From positions 57,604,581 through 57,668,580 of the forward strand of contig NC_092388.1 in assembly GCF_030028105.1 (NCBI RefSeq): a stretch of 64,000 nt of DNA. Direction: 5' to 3'. Both the position numbers and the translations under genes were made by a program. The notes under the pieces were generated by a model. The model saw only the letters and a program-made list of their open reading frames with translations, was not told the DNA's origin and did not search any database. Shown here piece by piece: positions 1 through 13,381 of the stretch (position 1 is its first letter; every line of letters starts with the position of its first letter). Origin of the DNA: Mobula birostris (Eukaryota).

Positions 1-2059
1 AGTGGAGACAGACAATAAAGTGCAAGGCCATGACCAGGTAGATTGTGAAGTAAGAGTCTATTTTGATTAAAACAAAAAAGAAATCAAACCCCAATATAAC
101 TTTTATGTGGCCACTGTTTTACAGAGTTGACAGATTAGTTAACTGCCCCCGGTGTAAAGATTAAAAATGAGCTTTATTTGTCACACATACATGAAACACA
201 GAGAGAAATGTCATTTGTGTTAATGGCCAACAGAGTGCAAGGATTGAGCTGGGGGCAGCCCACAGGTGTTTTCACGCTTCCAGTGCCAACATAACATTCC
301 CATTCCTAAATAACCCTGCCCTGTCCATCTTTGGAATGTGGGGGGAAATGAGAGCACCCAGAAGAAACCTACACGATCAGGAGGCAAACGTACAATCTCT
401 GATCACTGGCACTTTCAAGGTTCAAGGTACATTTATTATCAAAGCATGCATGCAGTATACAGCTCTGAGATTCATCTTCTCCAGAGAGCCATGAAACGAA
501 GAAAACCATGGAGGTTGTTCAAAGAAAACCATCAACCTTCCCCTTGTGTTAAAAAAACAAATAGCGTAAACGACAAGAAGAACATCAAACCCCAAACCCA
601 TATCTTGTGCAAAAAAAAACAAATCACACAAATGGCAACAAGAAAGAACAGGCAAAACTGAAACTGAAAGCTATATGATGTGTGCCTTGGCCAGTTAGAA
701 AAGTTGATGAGATGTAGGAGAAAATTAAACTCTGGGAAGTAAGTGGCGGTTGGAACTGACAGAATTGCTCTGAGAACTGTCATAGCCTTGCTGGTATATC
801 ATATCCTTCTGTGTCATAAGGAGAGATTAAAGTAAGGCAAAGGTCCTGTTTGAAGAATACCAGGATCTAGGATAAAATGTCAGAAATGGGAAGAGGATGG
901 GAATGATGCAGTGGAAAAATCCTGTCCTCACCTGTTTCCAGTTTTATAGCAGAACCTTATGAATAGTTAGATTATCTGACACTGAAGACTCCCCAGTCTG
1001 AATACTGGAGACGCAGGAGATTGCAGATGTTGGGATCTGGTGCAATGAAATGTCTGCTGGAAGAACCTCAGTAGGGGGAAAGAAATTGTTGGTGGTTTGG
1101 GTGGAAACTCTGCTTCGTGTCCTTGTGTCCTCCAGCAGGTTGTTACTCCTCTAATTCTGAAGGAAAGCAATCACTTCCACCAATAGCCAAGTTTGCTAGA
1201 TTGCATACCTCAAAACCACAATTTTCAATCTGCTAACCTGAATGGCAAATTATGCCTTAGGACAAGCAGCTTCCTAACATGCAGAAAATTTATTGTGGAG
1301 CGATTCATTTTTATGTAGGGATTAGCAACATTTTTATGAAATAATATTCTACACTATAAACCTTTAAACCCTACATAAACACAGAAACTAAGCAATAAAC
1401 ATTAACTGGGAGTTTAATGGGTGTAAAAGCAAATAAAATTTATATTTAGGCAGAAGGTCACAGAGGGTAACCTCTACATAGCCTGCACTGGAGGCTGGGG
1501 TTGAATATGGGGTCGTAGAGCTGGGCAGCAGTATCACCACTTATACCATTCTTTTAAAGTTGTTATCTAGTTAGCCCCACACCCATCATTGCTGTGTCTG
1601 GAATCTTGCTGGGCCATTTCAAAAGTACTTCATTGGCGAGAGGACGTCTTGGAATATCCTGAGATTATGAAAGTCACAATTATAATTATTATCTAACTCT
1701 GTTTTGCCAATCAAGGACAATAGTTGATAAAATCTTTAGGAGCGGAATGGAAAAATAAATCTTTATCTAATTTAAAATATCTTCTCTCATTCCCTATCTG
1801 ATAAACTTGGCACATTATAAATACAGGAGGACTGCTGCTGAAGGGAAGACATAATTATTGCATGGTACGTTAATGTAGACAGTTTATTTATGAAATGTTG
1901 CTTGCTAGTTTATAACTGAAATATCAGTAGCAGATTATGTAACTAGCTAACTCGGCAATTAAGTTAAAAGCAGAAAATGCTGGAAACAGCTGGTCAGAAC
2001 TGGGAAAGAGGAAAATCGATTAGAGAAAGTTGGGGAGAGAAGGATAGAAGTCTAGATGT

Positions 2060-2545
2060 CTAGAAGCTGAGTTTACTGTCATTTACATGAGGACGATGAA
2101 AGACTTACTGTGCTTTCAGTAGCATCACAGGCATAACATTAGATACACAAAATTCACAAGAAAAACATAAATAAAAAATAAATTATGCAGAAAGAACATG
2201 ATTTAAACGAAAATAAAGTTGTATAGCAAAATGGTTGAAGTAGTCACAGTACTGCTATACTGAAGTAGAGATTAGTGTTTTGTAGGTTGGTTAAAGAACC
2301 AGATGGTTGAAGGGAAACTGTCCTTGAACTTGGTGACGTAGCCTCCAGGTTTTTGTACCTCCTGCCTGATGGTACCTATAAAAAGATGGCATGGCCTGGA
2401 TGGTGGGCATCTTGGATAGTAGATGTTGCCTTCTTGAGAGAGCACCTGATGCAGGTACTACCATTGGTGGGGAGGGATGTGCTTGTGATGTATTGGGCAG
2501 ACTCCAATACTCTCTGCAGCTTATTACACTCTTGCGCATTCAATT
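2060..2545 (-). mobile_element. Rex1/Babar-like LINE 3' fragment
   Basis: ORF 2376-2591(-): NKLQRVLESAQYITSTSLP...KATSTIQDAHHPGHAIF, the typical C-terminus of Rex1-type RT. Confidence 0.7.
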
Positions 2546-2593
2546 GCAGATCATGATGAAACCAGCCAGGAAACTTAAGAATTAACAACAAAT

Positions 2594-2986
2594 GTTTACT
2601 AAAAAATTACCAATAAATTATTAAGTGGTGTATTACAAACAAGAGAAAATCTGCAGATGCTGGAAATCTGAGCAACACACACAAAATGCTGGAGGAACTC
2701 AGCAGGCCAGGCAGCATCTATGCAAAAGAGTACAGTCAACGTTTTGGGCCAGTCTTTTCCATAGATGCTGCCTGGCCTGCTGAGTTCCTCCAGCATTTTG
2801 TGTGTGTTGATTGGATTTCCAGCATCTGCAGATTTTTTCTTGTTTGTAATAAACCAACTTCACAATTTATTAGTAATTTTTTCAGTAAACTTTATTTGAT
2901 GAAGGGTCTCAGCCCGAAACATCGACTGTACTCTTTTCCATAGATGCTGCCTGGCCTGCTGAGTTCCTCCAGCACTTTGAGTGTGC
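2594..2986. mobile_element. Three Penelope terminal-repeat fragments (one -, two +) forming a fold-back, with a degenerate hammerhead at 2896-2928
   Basis: Repeat gatgctgcctggcctgctgagttcctccagc occurs at ~2764 and ~2943, and its reverse complement at ~2688-2718. Also ttgatgaagggtctcagcccgaaacatcgactg. Confidence 0.8.
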
Positions 2987-3374
2987 AAGTTGGTTTATTA
3001 TATCACATTTAAGAAGATACAATGAAAAGTGAACTTGCATATCATTTATACAGATTAATTCATTACAACAGAGCTTTGAGATGGTACAAGGTAAAACAAT
3101 GAAGAGGAAGTGTTATAGTTACAGAGAAAGTGCAGTGCAGGTAGTCAATAAGGTGCATGGTCATAATATAGTAGATTGTGAGGTCAAGAGTCCATCTTAT
3201 TGTACCAGAGGATCTTTCAATCATAGGATATGGAACAGAAGCTGTCCTTGAGCCTGGTAGTACATGCTTTCAGGCTTTTGTATCTTCTGCCTGATAGAAG
3301 AGGGGGAAGAGAGAAAGGCTGGGGTAGGTTGTGTCTTTGACTATGCTGGCTGCTTTACTGAGGCAGCAAAAGTA

Positions 3375-4987
3375 CAGTGGTATGCAAAAGTTTGGGCACC
3401 CCGGTCAAAATTTCTGTTACTATGAATAGCTAAGCGAGTAAAAGATGACCTGATTTCCAAAAGGCATAAAGTTAAAGATGACACATTTCTTTAATATTTT
3501 TAAGCAAGATTACTTTTTTATTTCCATCTCTTATAGTTTCAAAATAACAAAGGAAAAGGGCCCTAAGCAAAAGCTTGGGCAGCCTGTATGGTCAGTACTT
3601 AGTAACACCCCCTTTGGCAAGTATCACAGCTTGTAAGCACTTTCTGTAACTAGCTAAGAGTCTTTCAATCCTTGTTTGGGGGATTTTCGCCCATTCTTCC
3701 TTGCAAAAGGCTTCTAGTTCTGTGAGATTCTTGGGCTGCCTTGCATGCACTGCTCTTTTGAGGTCTATCCACAGATTTTCTGTTTAGGTCGGAGGACTGT
3801 GGGAGCCATGGCAAAACCTTTAGCTTGCGCCTCTTGCGGTAGTCCATTGTGGATTTTGAGATGTGTTTAGGATTATTATCCTGTTGTAGGAACCATCCTG
3901 TTTTCATCTTCAGCTTTTTTACAGAAGGTATGATGTTTACTTCCAGAATTTGCTGGTATTTAATTGAATTCATTCTTCCCTCTACCAGTAAATGTTCCCC
4001 GTGCCACTGGCTGCAACAAAAGCCCAAAGCATGATCGATCCTCCCCAGTGCTTAACAGTTGGAGAGGTGTTCTTTTCATGAAATTCTGCACCCTTTTTTC
4101 TCCAAACATACCTTTGCACTTTGTGGCCAAAAAGTTCTATTTTAACTTCATCAGTCCACAGGACTTGTTTCCAAAATGCATCAGGCTTGTTTAGATGTTC
4201 CTTTGCAAACTTCTGAGGCTGAATTTTGTGGTGAGGACTCAGGAAAGGTTTTCTTCTGATGACTCTTCCATGAAGGTCATATTTGTGCAGGTGTCGCTGC
4301 ACAGTAGAACAGTGCACCACCACTTCAGAGTCTGCTAAATCTTCCTGAAGGTCTTTTGCGGTCAAACGGGGGTTTTGATTTGCCTTCTATTAATCCAAGA
4401 GCAGTTCTCTCGGAAAGTTTTCTTGGTCTTCCAGACCTTAACTTGACCTCCACTGTTCCTGTTAACTGCCATTTCTTAATTACATTACAAACTGAGGAAA
4501 CGACTACCTGAAAACACTTTGAGATCTTCTTATAGCCTTTCCTGCTTTGTGGGCATCATTTATTTTAATTTTCAGAGTGCTAGGCAGCTGCTTAGAGGAG
4601 CCCATGGCTGCTGATTGTTGGGACAAGGTTTGAGGAGTCAGGGGATTTATAAAGCTTTGAAATTTGCATCACTTGGCCTTTCCTAATGATAACTGTGAAC
4701 AAGCCATAGCCCTAACAAGGTAATTAAGGTCTGAGACCTTGGTAAAAATTATCTGAGAGCTCAAATCTCTTTGGGTGCCCAAAGTTTTGCATGGTGTTCC
4801 TTTCCTTTTTTTTTCACTCTAAAATTGTACAAAACAGAAATAATACACTAATCTTGCTTAAAATGTTGAAAAGAATGTTTCATCTTTAACTTTATGACTT
4901 TTGGAGATCAGTTCATCTGCTACTCACTTAACTATTCACAGTAACAGAAACTTTGACCAGGGGTGCCCAAACTTTTGCATGCCACTG
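3375..4987 (-). mobile_element. Tc1/mariner transposon, IR/DR type, full length but defective
   Basis: TIRs cagtggtatgcaaaagtttgggcacccc (3375) and ggggtgcccaaacttttgcatgccactg (to 4987). Inverted similarity extends ~200 bp, with inner direct repeats at ~3567 and ~4773. TA on the left flank. Confidence 0.92.
3592..4605 (-). pseudogene. Frameshifted Tc1 transposase
   Basis: Starts MGSSKQLPSTLKIKINDAHKAG. Contains HGRVIRRKPFL, VLWTDEVKIELFG, PTVKHWGGSIMLW, FLQQDNNPKH and WLPQSSDLN, and ends AKGGVTKY*. Split across several frames. Confidence 0.9.
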
Positions 4988-6419
4988 GCAGCGTCCATGG
5001 ATGGGAGGCTGGTTTCCATGAAACACTGAGCTTTGTTCTCAACTTTGCAGTATCTAGTGTCAAAAACAGAGTAGTTGGCATACCAAACCATTATGCATAC
5101 AGATAGGATGGTTTCTATGGTGTATTGATAAAAATTGGTGAAATTCAGAGGTGATATGCCAAATTTCTTTAGCCTCCTGAGGAACTAGAGGTGCTAGTGA
5201 GTTTTCCTGGTTGAGGTGTTTGCAAGATTGGATCAAGACAGATGCCTGTAATGTTCACTGCTAGGAACTTGAAGCTGTCAACGTACTGTTGATGTTACCA
5301 AAAACATGTGCTCTGCAACCCCCCCCCCCTCCTTTTCTGAAGCCAGTGAGCAACTCTCCTGTTGTCATGAGAGGAAACAAGATTATCATGACACCATGTT
5401 ACGAAGCTCTGCATCTCTTTCCTGTACTTAATCTCATCATTATTTGAGATTATGGCCCACTATGTGGTATAATCTGCAAATTTGTAGATAGAGAATCTGG
5501 TCTCACAGTTGTGAGTGCATAGGGCGTAGAGTGGAGAGCTGAGGAAGCAATCTTGTGGAGCAACATTGTTGAGATTAATTGTAGCAGAAATGTTACTACC
5601 TTTACTTTCTGACTGCAGCCTGTTAATCCAGTTGCAGAGAGAGGTGTTGACTGCAGTTTGGAGAACTGTTTGCTTGGAATTATAGTATTGAGGTGTAGCT
5701 GTAATCAATAAACAATGGTCAAATGTAGGTGTCTTTACTGTACAACTGCTCCAAAGATAGGTGTAGGGTCAGGAACATGGTGTCCGTCACAGAGGCCTGT
5801 TTTGGCAAAGGGCAAATACAGTGGGTTGAGGTTGTCTGGAAGACCGGAGTTGAAGTGTGCTGTGACCAGCCTCTCAAAACACTTCATGTCAGACCTACTG
5901 GTGGTAGTCATTAAGCCATGCTGCCTTGTTTTTCTTAGGTGCTAGATGATAGTGATCTTTTTGAGGCAAGTGAGAACCTCATATTAAGCTTTATAGAGAT
6001 AATATCTCAGTTTCTTGTACAGGTCAGGGATGCCTGACTTGAATGCTGCAACCCTAGACTTCAGTAGGGAGTGGATCTCCTGGTTCAACCGTGGTTTCCT
6101 GTTTGGGAACACACAGAGTTTTATAAATTATAAACTTACCAGGAAACTAGCTACCTAATCTGTTGAAAGAAACACACTTACAGAATGTTTTTCTTAATTG
6201 TGGGAGATTATTAGATGGTTTCAAAGGGCACTGAGTTTATAAACTAAACTTTGCAGATCAGTGTGCTCAATATTGCTAATGTACCTAGCCAGCTGTGTGC
6301 TAGTGGTTTACAGTTTGAGGTGAGGATGTTATATGATTCAGGCAGCAATATCATTTTGACTACCTTTGGTACATTTTTGGATCTTTGTTCTGTAGAAGGT
6401 TGATCAGGGAAATGATGAA

Positions 6420-6905
6420 AAGAATGACTAGCATCAGAGAGCCATACGGCAGGGATTGACCATGGTGCCCAACCAGCTAATCCCATGTTCTTGTATTCAG
6501 TACATATCCTCCAAGCCCTGCCCCTCCATGTGCCTGTCCAGTTGTCCTTAAATGATGCTATTGTGTCTACCTCACTGGCAGCTCATTTCATATACACACC
6601 ATGCTCTGCCTGAAAGTTCCCCCTCGGGCCCCTTTTAAATCTTTCTCATCTCACCCGAAAGCTATGTCCCTTTGCTTTGGACTCCCCTCCCCTGGGAAAA
6701 GACTGGTAGCGTCCATCTTATCTTGTGCCTCTCAGCATCTTAAGCACTTCCATAAGATCACCCCTCATTCTTCTACGTTCCAATCAATAAAGATGTGGCA
6801 TGGCCAGCCTCTCCCTGTAACTCAGCCCTCCTAGTTCTGGCAACATCCTCGTAAATCTCTGCACTGTTTCCAGTTGAACCACATCTTCTCTAAAATAGGG
6901 TGACC
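6420..6905 (-). mobile_element. CR1 LINE 3' fragment
   Basis: Similar to the better-preserved CR1 3' end at 39981-40459. Confidence 0.6.
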
Positions 6906-7439
6906 ATGTGCTGAATTTCCTTGCAGTCCCATAATAGCCTGAAAATCCATCCCGACTATCATCTAATGTTCCTTCATAGGTATACGCTGTATGTAAGTCT
7001 GGTGTTTATAAGCTAGGAGAAGCTATACGTGGCTATGGACTTTGTAATAGGAGCTGTTCGATGCATACTAAGTCTAGATGGAGGAGTGAATTCACTCAGG
7101 AGGCTAGAGTGCTGCAGAGAGGAATCATGACACTAGCTAATTGCCTTCCAAACATTTGGAGAAACATCTTCCTTGTTATTGTTGAACTGATGTGTGTTAT
7201 ATCTGTACAAGTCATGTGCAGAGCAATATATCAGTGACTTGGACACCTCTGCTGTGAGCCCATCTTGCTTGATACAGATTGTCCAGCCAGTCCCTCTTGT
7301 GTGTCCAACTAGACTTCTTCTTTTACCAGTGACCACATTTTAACTTCAGTAAGTATGAAGAAGGTACTAACGCGTGGAAGTTGGACAGTCTTCTGAGACT
7401 TTATCCAATGTTAGGGAAAGAAATAACCAGCACGATTGT

Positions 7440-9023
7440 CAATTCAGGGAGGAGTGTAGGTGCTCAGCAAGGTGGTTTCCCAATCCACGTCAGGTCCTAC
7501 CAGCACATAGAAGGCTTCACGAGGAACACTGGAATGAAAAGCCTCATCCTGAGAGCAGATGTGGCGGAGGTAGCAGAATTGAGAGAAGGGGATGGGGTTT
7601 TCACAAGTTACAGGCCGGGAAGAAATATAGTCCAGGTAGCTGTGAGAGTCTATGGGTTTATAATAGACATCAGTAGATAAGCTGTCTCTGGAGATAGAGA
7701 CAGAGAGATTGAGAAAGGAGAGGGGTCAGAAATGGACTGGGTAAGTTTGAGGGCAGGGTGGAAGTTGGAGGCAAAGTGGATGAAGTCCGTGAGTTCTGCA
7801 TGGAAGCAACATCAATACAGTCGTCCCACCCTTCCCACCCATCCTCTTCTCCTAATTTCTCTGTCTCCACCGCATTTGCTCTCAGGATGAGGCTTTTAAT
7901 TCCAGAATTAAGGAGATATTCTCCTCCTTCAAAGAAAGATGCGTTCCTTCCTCCACTATCAATGCTGCACTCAACTGTGTCTCTTCTATTTTGCACATGT
8001 CTGCTCTTATCCCATCCTCCCGCCACACCACCTCTTGCCCTCACCTACCATCCCATCAGCCCCCGCATCCGGCACATAATTCTCTGCAAATTCTGCCACC
8101 TCAAAAGTGGGGGTGATCTTTCCCTCCCCCCCCACTTTCTACTTTCCGCAGGGATCGCTTCCTATTCAACTCCCTTGTCCATTTGTCCCTCCCCACTGAT
8201 CTCCCTCCTGGCACTTGGTCTTGCAAGCAGAACAAGTGCTACACCTGCTCCTACACCACCTCCCTCAGAGTCTCAAACAGTCCTTCCAGGTGAGGTGTCA
8301 CTTCACCTGTGAGTCTCTTGGGGTCATCTGCTATATCCGGTGCTCCCGGTGTGGCCTCCTGTATATCGGTGAGACTTGACGTGGATTGGGAGACAGCTTC
8401 GCTGAGTGTCTACGCTCCATCCACCAGAAGAAGTGGGATCTCCCAGTGGCCACCTAGTTTATTTCCACTTCCTATTCCCATTCCAATATGTCTATCCAAG
8501 GCCTCCTCTGCTGTCGTGATGAGGTCCCACTCAAGTTGGAGGAACAACAGTTTATATTCCGTCTGGATACCCTCCACCCTGATGTGATGGCATGAGCATC
8601 AATTTCTCAAACTTCCGGTAATGTCACCCCCTCAATTTCATCATTCCCCATCCCATTTTTCTTCCCTCACCTTATCTCCTTGCCTGCCCATTGCTGCCCT
8701 CTGGTTCTCATCCCCCCCCCACCCCACCTTTCTTTCTTCCATGGCTTTCTGTCTTCTATTAGACTCCCACTTCTCCAGCTGATCACCATTCAACTTACCA
8801 GCTCTTTTACTTCATCCCTCCACCTCCTGGTTTCACCTATCACCTTGTATTTCTCCTTCCTCTTCCCCCCACTTTTTAACTCTACTCATCGTCTTTTCTC
8901 CAGCCAAGACCCAGAATGTCGACTGTACTCTTTTCCATAGATGCTGCCTGGCCTGCTGAGTTCCTCCAGCAATTTGTGTGTGTTGCTTGAATTTCCAGCA
9001 TCTGCAGATTTTCTCTTGTTTGT
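7440..9023. mobile_element. Rearranged Penelope-like element (RT C-terminus, GIY-YIG, terminal repeat); left part inverted
   Basis: Minus strand ~7620-7675 encodes TDVYYKPIDSHSYLDYISS. Plus strand ~8320-8470 encodes VICYIRCSRCGLLYIGET...DLPVAT. The terminal repeat ends ...tctgcagattttctcttgtttgt. The hammerhead core is deleted at ~8905. Confidence 0.8.
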
Positions 9024-11094
9024 GATATGTAGTTAATGGATATGAATGGATGTGGCTGGAGTTGGCCATTTGTCTGTTTGAGGCCAAGAGTTAGAGAGTA
9101 AGAGGTTGCAGGAGATCGCAAAATCAGGCATGTTGCCATGAATGTGATATGTTCTATTCTGACAATCAGTGAACACTCAACATTTGAAAGTGTTAGTGAT
9201 GATTTACTGAATTGAGTATGTAGGGCATTTATGTTAAACTGTGGTGAAATGAAGAAAATAGTGTCCTTGGCGAGGAAGAACAAACATTTGCGACCTTCAT
9301 CCTCATTTTCTTAGTTGTTATCCATTTTAATTAGCAATTTCAATATTTGCAAGAATGTTCTGTTTTTATCATTGAAATTACAGAATCCTGTGAATCCCAA
9401 ATGATTTGAGAATGTAAGAGGATTGTGGAGCTCATTTAGATATTATTAAATTAATGACTGTGATTTTCATGTGTTTTAATGAGAGTAATCTCTTCTCCCA
9501 TTCTGATATGAAAGTATAATGCGCTTCAGATTATATTGCTCATGCTATTAAAAGCCAGTAATTTAATCCATGAATTGAAACACGTATTTGTCTTTGATCA
9601 ATACAGTGTGGGAGTCGGGTCTTGAGCAGAGTGTGTGAGTGTTGAGTGAGGGGTCAGTCCTGAGAGGAGGCAGGTTTTGGCTGTGGACTTGTAGGGGTCT
9701 AGGAGGAGTCAGTGGTCTGCTTCTGGGAGTGGAGTCTTGGCTCGGGGAGAATGCCAAGGAAGGGGTTGGAAAGAGGCAGAAGATGCAGCACATAACGTGC
9801 TATCTCTCAGCTCCAGTTACCTGGGGTCAATCCTGACCTCTAGGTGTTCTGATTTCTTTCACACCTCGAGGACAAGCTGTTGGGTGAATTGGCCACTGAA
9901 GAACAGCCCTAGTCTAGGTGGCAGATAGGACAATCAGGGTGGAGTTGATGGGCACATGAGAGACAATAGATTACAGGGAAATAAACAGGAAAATTGATTT
10001 GCTCTGAGAGCTGATGTCAACCTGATGGGCCAAATGGCCTTATTTATTATAAAGAAAAGTGAAGTAGCTTCTCTTGTACATTAAGCCAAGAGGAAATACC
10101 TTTCTGTGTTTCTGGTATACACTTCTCACATGCAAGGCTGCTGGACAGCAATACAAGAAACAGCAGCGGTCTTAATCCAGAGCAATGAACAGTGTGCTGG
10201 AGGAAAAGGCTTTGATGCAAGGTTTCAATTTGAAATGTTGACAATTCCTTTCCTCCCACAGATGCTGAATTCCTCCAGCTTATTGTCTGAAGGCTATTGG
10301 ATGGATATATGGACTCAAGAATTTTTCACCTCTATAATAGGAGCAGTGGGGGCAGTTAGTGGCTGTTTCGCAGTCTGTCGCTCAGTGGTTGAAAGGAATC
10401 TTCTGCTGAGCTACTAACATGGAAATGGGTTTCCCACAGTGCCTACACAGCCAGTGAAACCCAGTGATTAAAAACCAAAACTTTTTTTTGGTGTATGGGT
10501 GCCTGGTAGGTAAAAGTTGAGCATATATTGCTCTGGCTCCACAACAAACAGACCTATGGAGAACCACTTCCTCCACCTGCCTGACCTCTCTGAGACAGTT
10601 TTCCAGTGATGTTTGTGCATTTTTTCCCATTGCTATTGTCATTGACAAGAGTATCCAAAGAGTTGACATCCCCTTCTGCAGACAGGTCATTTACTCTTTC
10701 AGTTTCCTTTGGGAATTAACATCAAAACTGGTCACCAAACACATTAAAAGAAAGGTAACCATATTTGGTTGGTTGGTCAATGTAATTTCCCCATTATGGG
10801 TATTTAAAATCTCTCTTTTTTCAGTAACTTAATCACATGTTTTAATGAGACTAACACAGGTTGTGCTTGCTCGTGCTTATGATTTTACAGTCAATGAATG
10901 GGCAGTTTGAGGTTAAATGTCCTTCAAAGTAATCCTTTCACAGAATAGACAGCATCCATTTCAACACCGCAACCACAAGTTCCATTTTACTTCTCTGACA
11001 TTTGAACTCTACATTCACTGCACCCCCTTCCTGGTTCGCTCAGCTTCAGAGAGGCCTACATTTATTTCTTTATAAAACTAAAGTTGATGCCTGA

Positions 11095-11290
11095 TGGACG
11101 CAGAGTGGTGAACGAGTTAATGCCGCTACCCTTCCACTGTAAAGACCCAAGTTCAATCCTCACCTTTCTGTGTGGAGTTAACACATTCTCCCTGTGACCA
11201 CATGGGTTTCCTCCAGCAGCTCCTGCTTCCTACCTCATCCTGGCGCCGTGCTGGGAAATTAATTGGTCCCTGTATATTAACTCTTAGTGC
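11095..11290 (+). mobile_element. V-SINE/HE1-like tRNA-derived SINE (degenerate)
   Basis: B-box-like agttcaatcc followed by tgtgtggagtt...ttctccctgtgaccacatgggtttcctcc core. Confidence 0.6.
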
Positions 11291-11561
11291 AGGTTCATTG
11301 CACAAGATTTAAAGGGGAGTTGCTAGAAGCATATAATGGAAATAAGGAGAGAGGGAATATGACTGACAGGATTGTTCTGCTGGGAGCTGCCATTAGCTCC
11401 GTAAGATTGGGGCTGAGAGGAAAATTGGATCGGCCATGTTAAAATGGTGGAGCAGACTCAATGGGCCAAATGGCCTAATTCTGCTCCTATATCTTATGGC
11501 CCTATAAGCCTTTTTGCCATAAATAACCAAAGTGTTCTCTATAGTATTTGCTAATTAGTGC

Positions 11562-11951
11562 CCTGTGGGTCGTGGGGTGGATACATGTCTCTGCCAAAGG
11601 AGGTGTAAAGCACTCCTTCCAACTGCTAGCCTGCTGGTCACTCTTGGGCAAGGTGTAGCACCTGCTTAGCTCATCGATCAGGGTCATGTGAAGCTATGGG
11701 AGCAGGTGGTGGATGGTTATGTGAGCAGCCGGTGCATATCACAAGTCTTGGTTACGCGACCACTGACACCAGGCAGATGATCTCTGAAGAGTATTGATAA
11801 TGGCTGGGGTCACCCATCTTGTAAAGACACTGCCCAGAAAAAGGCAATGGCAAACCACTGCTGTGGAAAAATATACCAAGAACCATCATGGTCATGGAAA
11901 GACCCTGATCGACTGTGTCATATGACACGGCACGTTATGACAATTATGATG
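11562..11951 (+). mobile_element. Short retroposon with RTE-like 3' end and 9-bp TSD
   Basis: TSD aattagtgc at 11553-11561 and 11952-11960. Contains ggcaatggcaaaccact and a (tga)n-like tail. A partial antisense copy lies at ~43972-44145. Confidence 0.65.
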
Positions 11952-13381
11952 AATTAGTGCTCTACAGTCTCGTGAGAACACATTTGAAGTACTTGTAACT
12001 GGAGCTTTACAAAGCTGGTTTAAAAGCATCATGGAGATACTCTGAGAAGTGTAATCAGAGATGATTAACTGGATATGGCTGATTCTAACAGGAAGTCCTC
12101 TACAGAGGTTTCTGATCATTCCTTCCATCCCACGAGTTTCCTGTCACAATATTACTAAATTTATGCTGTCAACTTTTCTTTCCAATTGTACAGTTTGAGA
12201 CTTTCTGTTAGCACTGTTCACCGGTAAAACTTTCTGTTTATTTCACCACTTCCCCTCAAACTGCTGCTGGAGCCAACACACCAACAGGGGATTGATTCTT
12301 TAGACAGTGCATTTTCTTTAGACTGTATTTCCCTTTCCAGGAAGCATTACAGTTTAGTTATTTCACTAATATGCAAAATCCATAGGGATACTTAAATGTT
12401 TCTAAACTTTTATCCTAATCTACAATACTTAGATCAGCAGAAGATAAAGTTTCATCTCAGAAGATTGTAGGCAGTTGTGTTTAACATAAAGCACACAATT
12501 AGTCCTAAATTGTCTCAGAGTTAATTTTACAATTTGAGAATGGGGCTAGAGGGAAGAGAATGAGTTACATGTTCAGAGAATGAGTTAAATGATTTACATA
12601 TTCAGAGCAATTTGAGCTAGATAGAAGTTTTAGAAATGGCAGGGTTAAAATTTCCTAGTTCTTTTTTTCAACGGAAATGTTTCTCAATGACTTTCAGAAT
12701 TAGCATTTATCAGTTTATTCAGTATGAAGAATCAAGATTTGTAGTTCAAAGTGTAAGATCCCCAGTTGGGTTTATTCAATAAATAATTTTATACAGACAA
12801 GTGAGGTGTTGCACATTGAGAGATTAAATGTAAAGGGGAAAAAACAGTTACTGGTAGGACCATTAACAGTACTGGTGTGCACAGGGCTCTTGGGGTCTAA
12901 GTCTATATATCTTTGAAAGTGGCCACACAGTTTGATAAGGTATGGCATGCTTGCCTTTATTAGTCAAGGCATTGACTTCAAGAGTCAGGAAACTATATCA
13001 ACCCAGAACATTCACTACCCATTTCCCTCCACAGATGATGTCTGAGCCACTGAGTTCCTCCAGCATTTTGTCTGTTACTCCAGATTCCAGTATCTGCAGT
13101 CTCTTCTGTCAACAGCAATGGCAATGTGACTAAATATGGCTAAAGTGATTAAAGCGTCAAAGATTTTGTTTCCTGTTTTTTAAATACAGTCGTTACTCAG
13201 TTTCTGAAGGTTATGCTTTCCTGCAAAGGTCTAATTGAGTAAATTTTCTTATTTTGAAAGGGGTGGGTGAAGTGCATTGCGGTTTTTTTAGCACAGTGTA
13301 TTCTTACAAGGAGAGTGGCGCACCATTCAGTAGAGTGAAAAATAGCTTGAAGATGGATATCCCAAGCAGTCAAAAGCATCT

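Larger units (their letters stand above)
2987..6115 (-). mobile_element. Degenerate Rex1/Babar-like LINE interrupted by the Tc1 element
   Basis: RT remnants PQDCFLSSPLYAL and YKFADYTT (ORF 5460-5708). The 3' region continues on both sides of the Tc1. Confidence 0.7.

Noticed and set aside
2599-2943. MLEELSRPGSIY... small ORFs on both strands
   Set aside because: These are translations of the palindromic Penelope terminal repeat, not genes.
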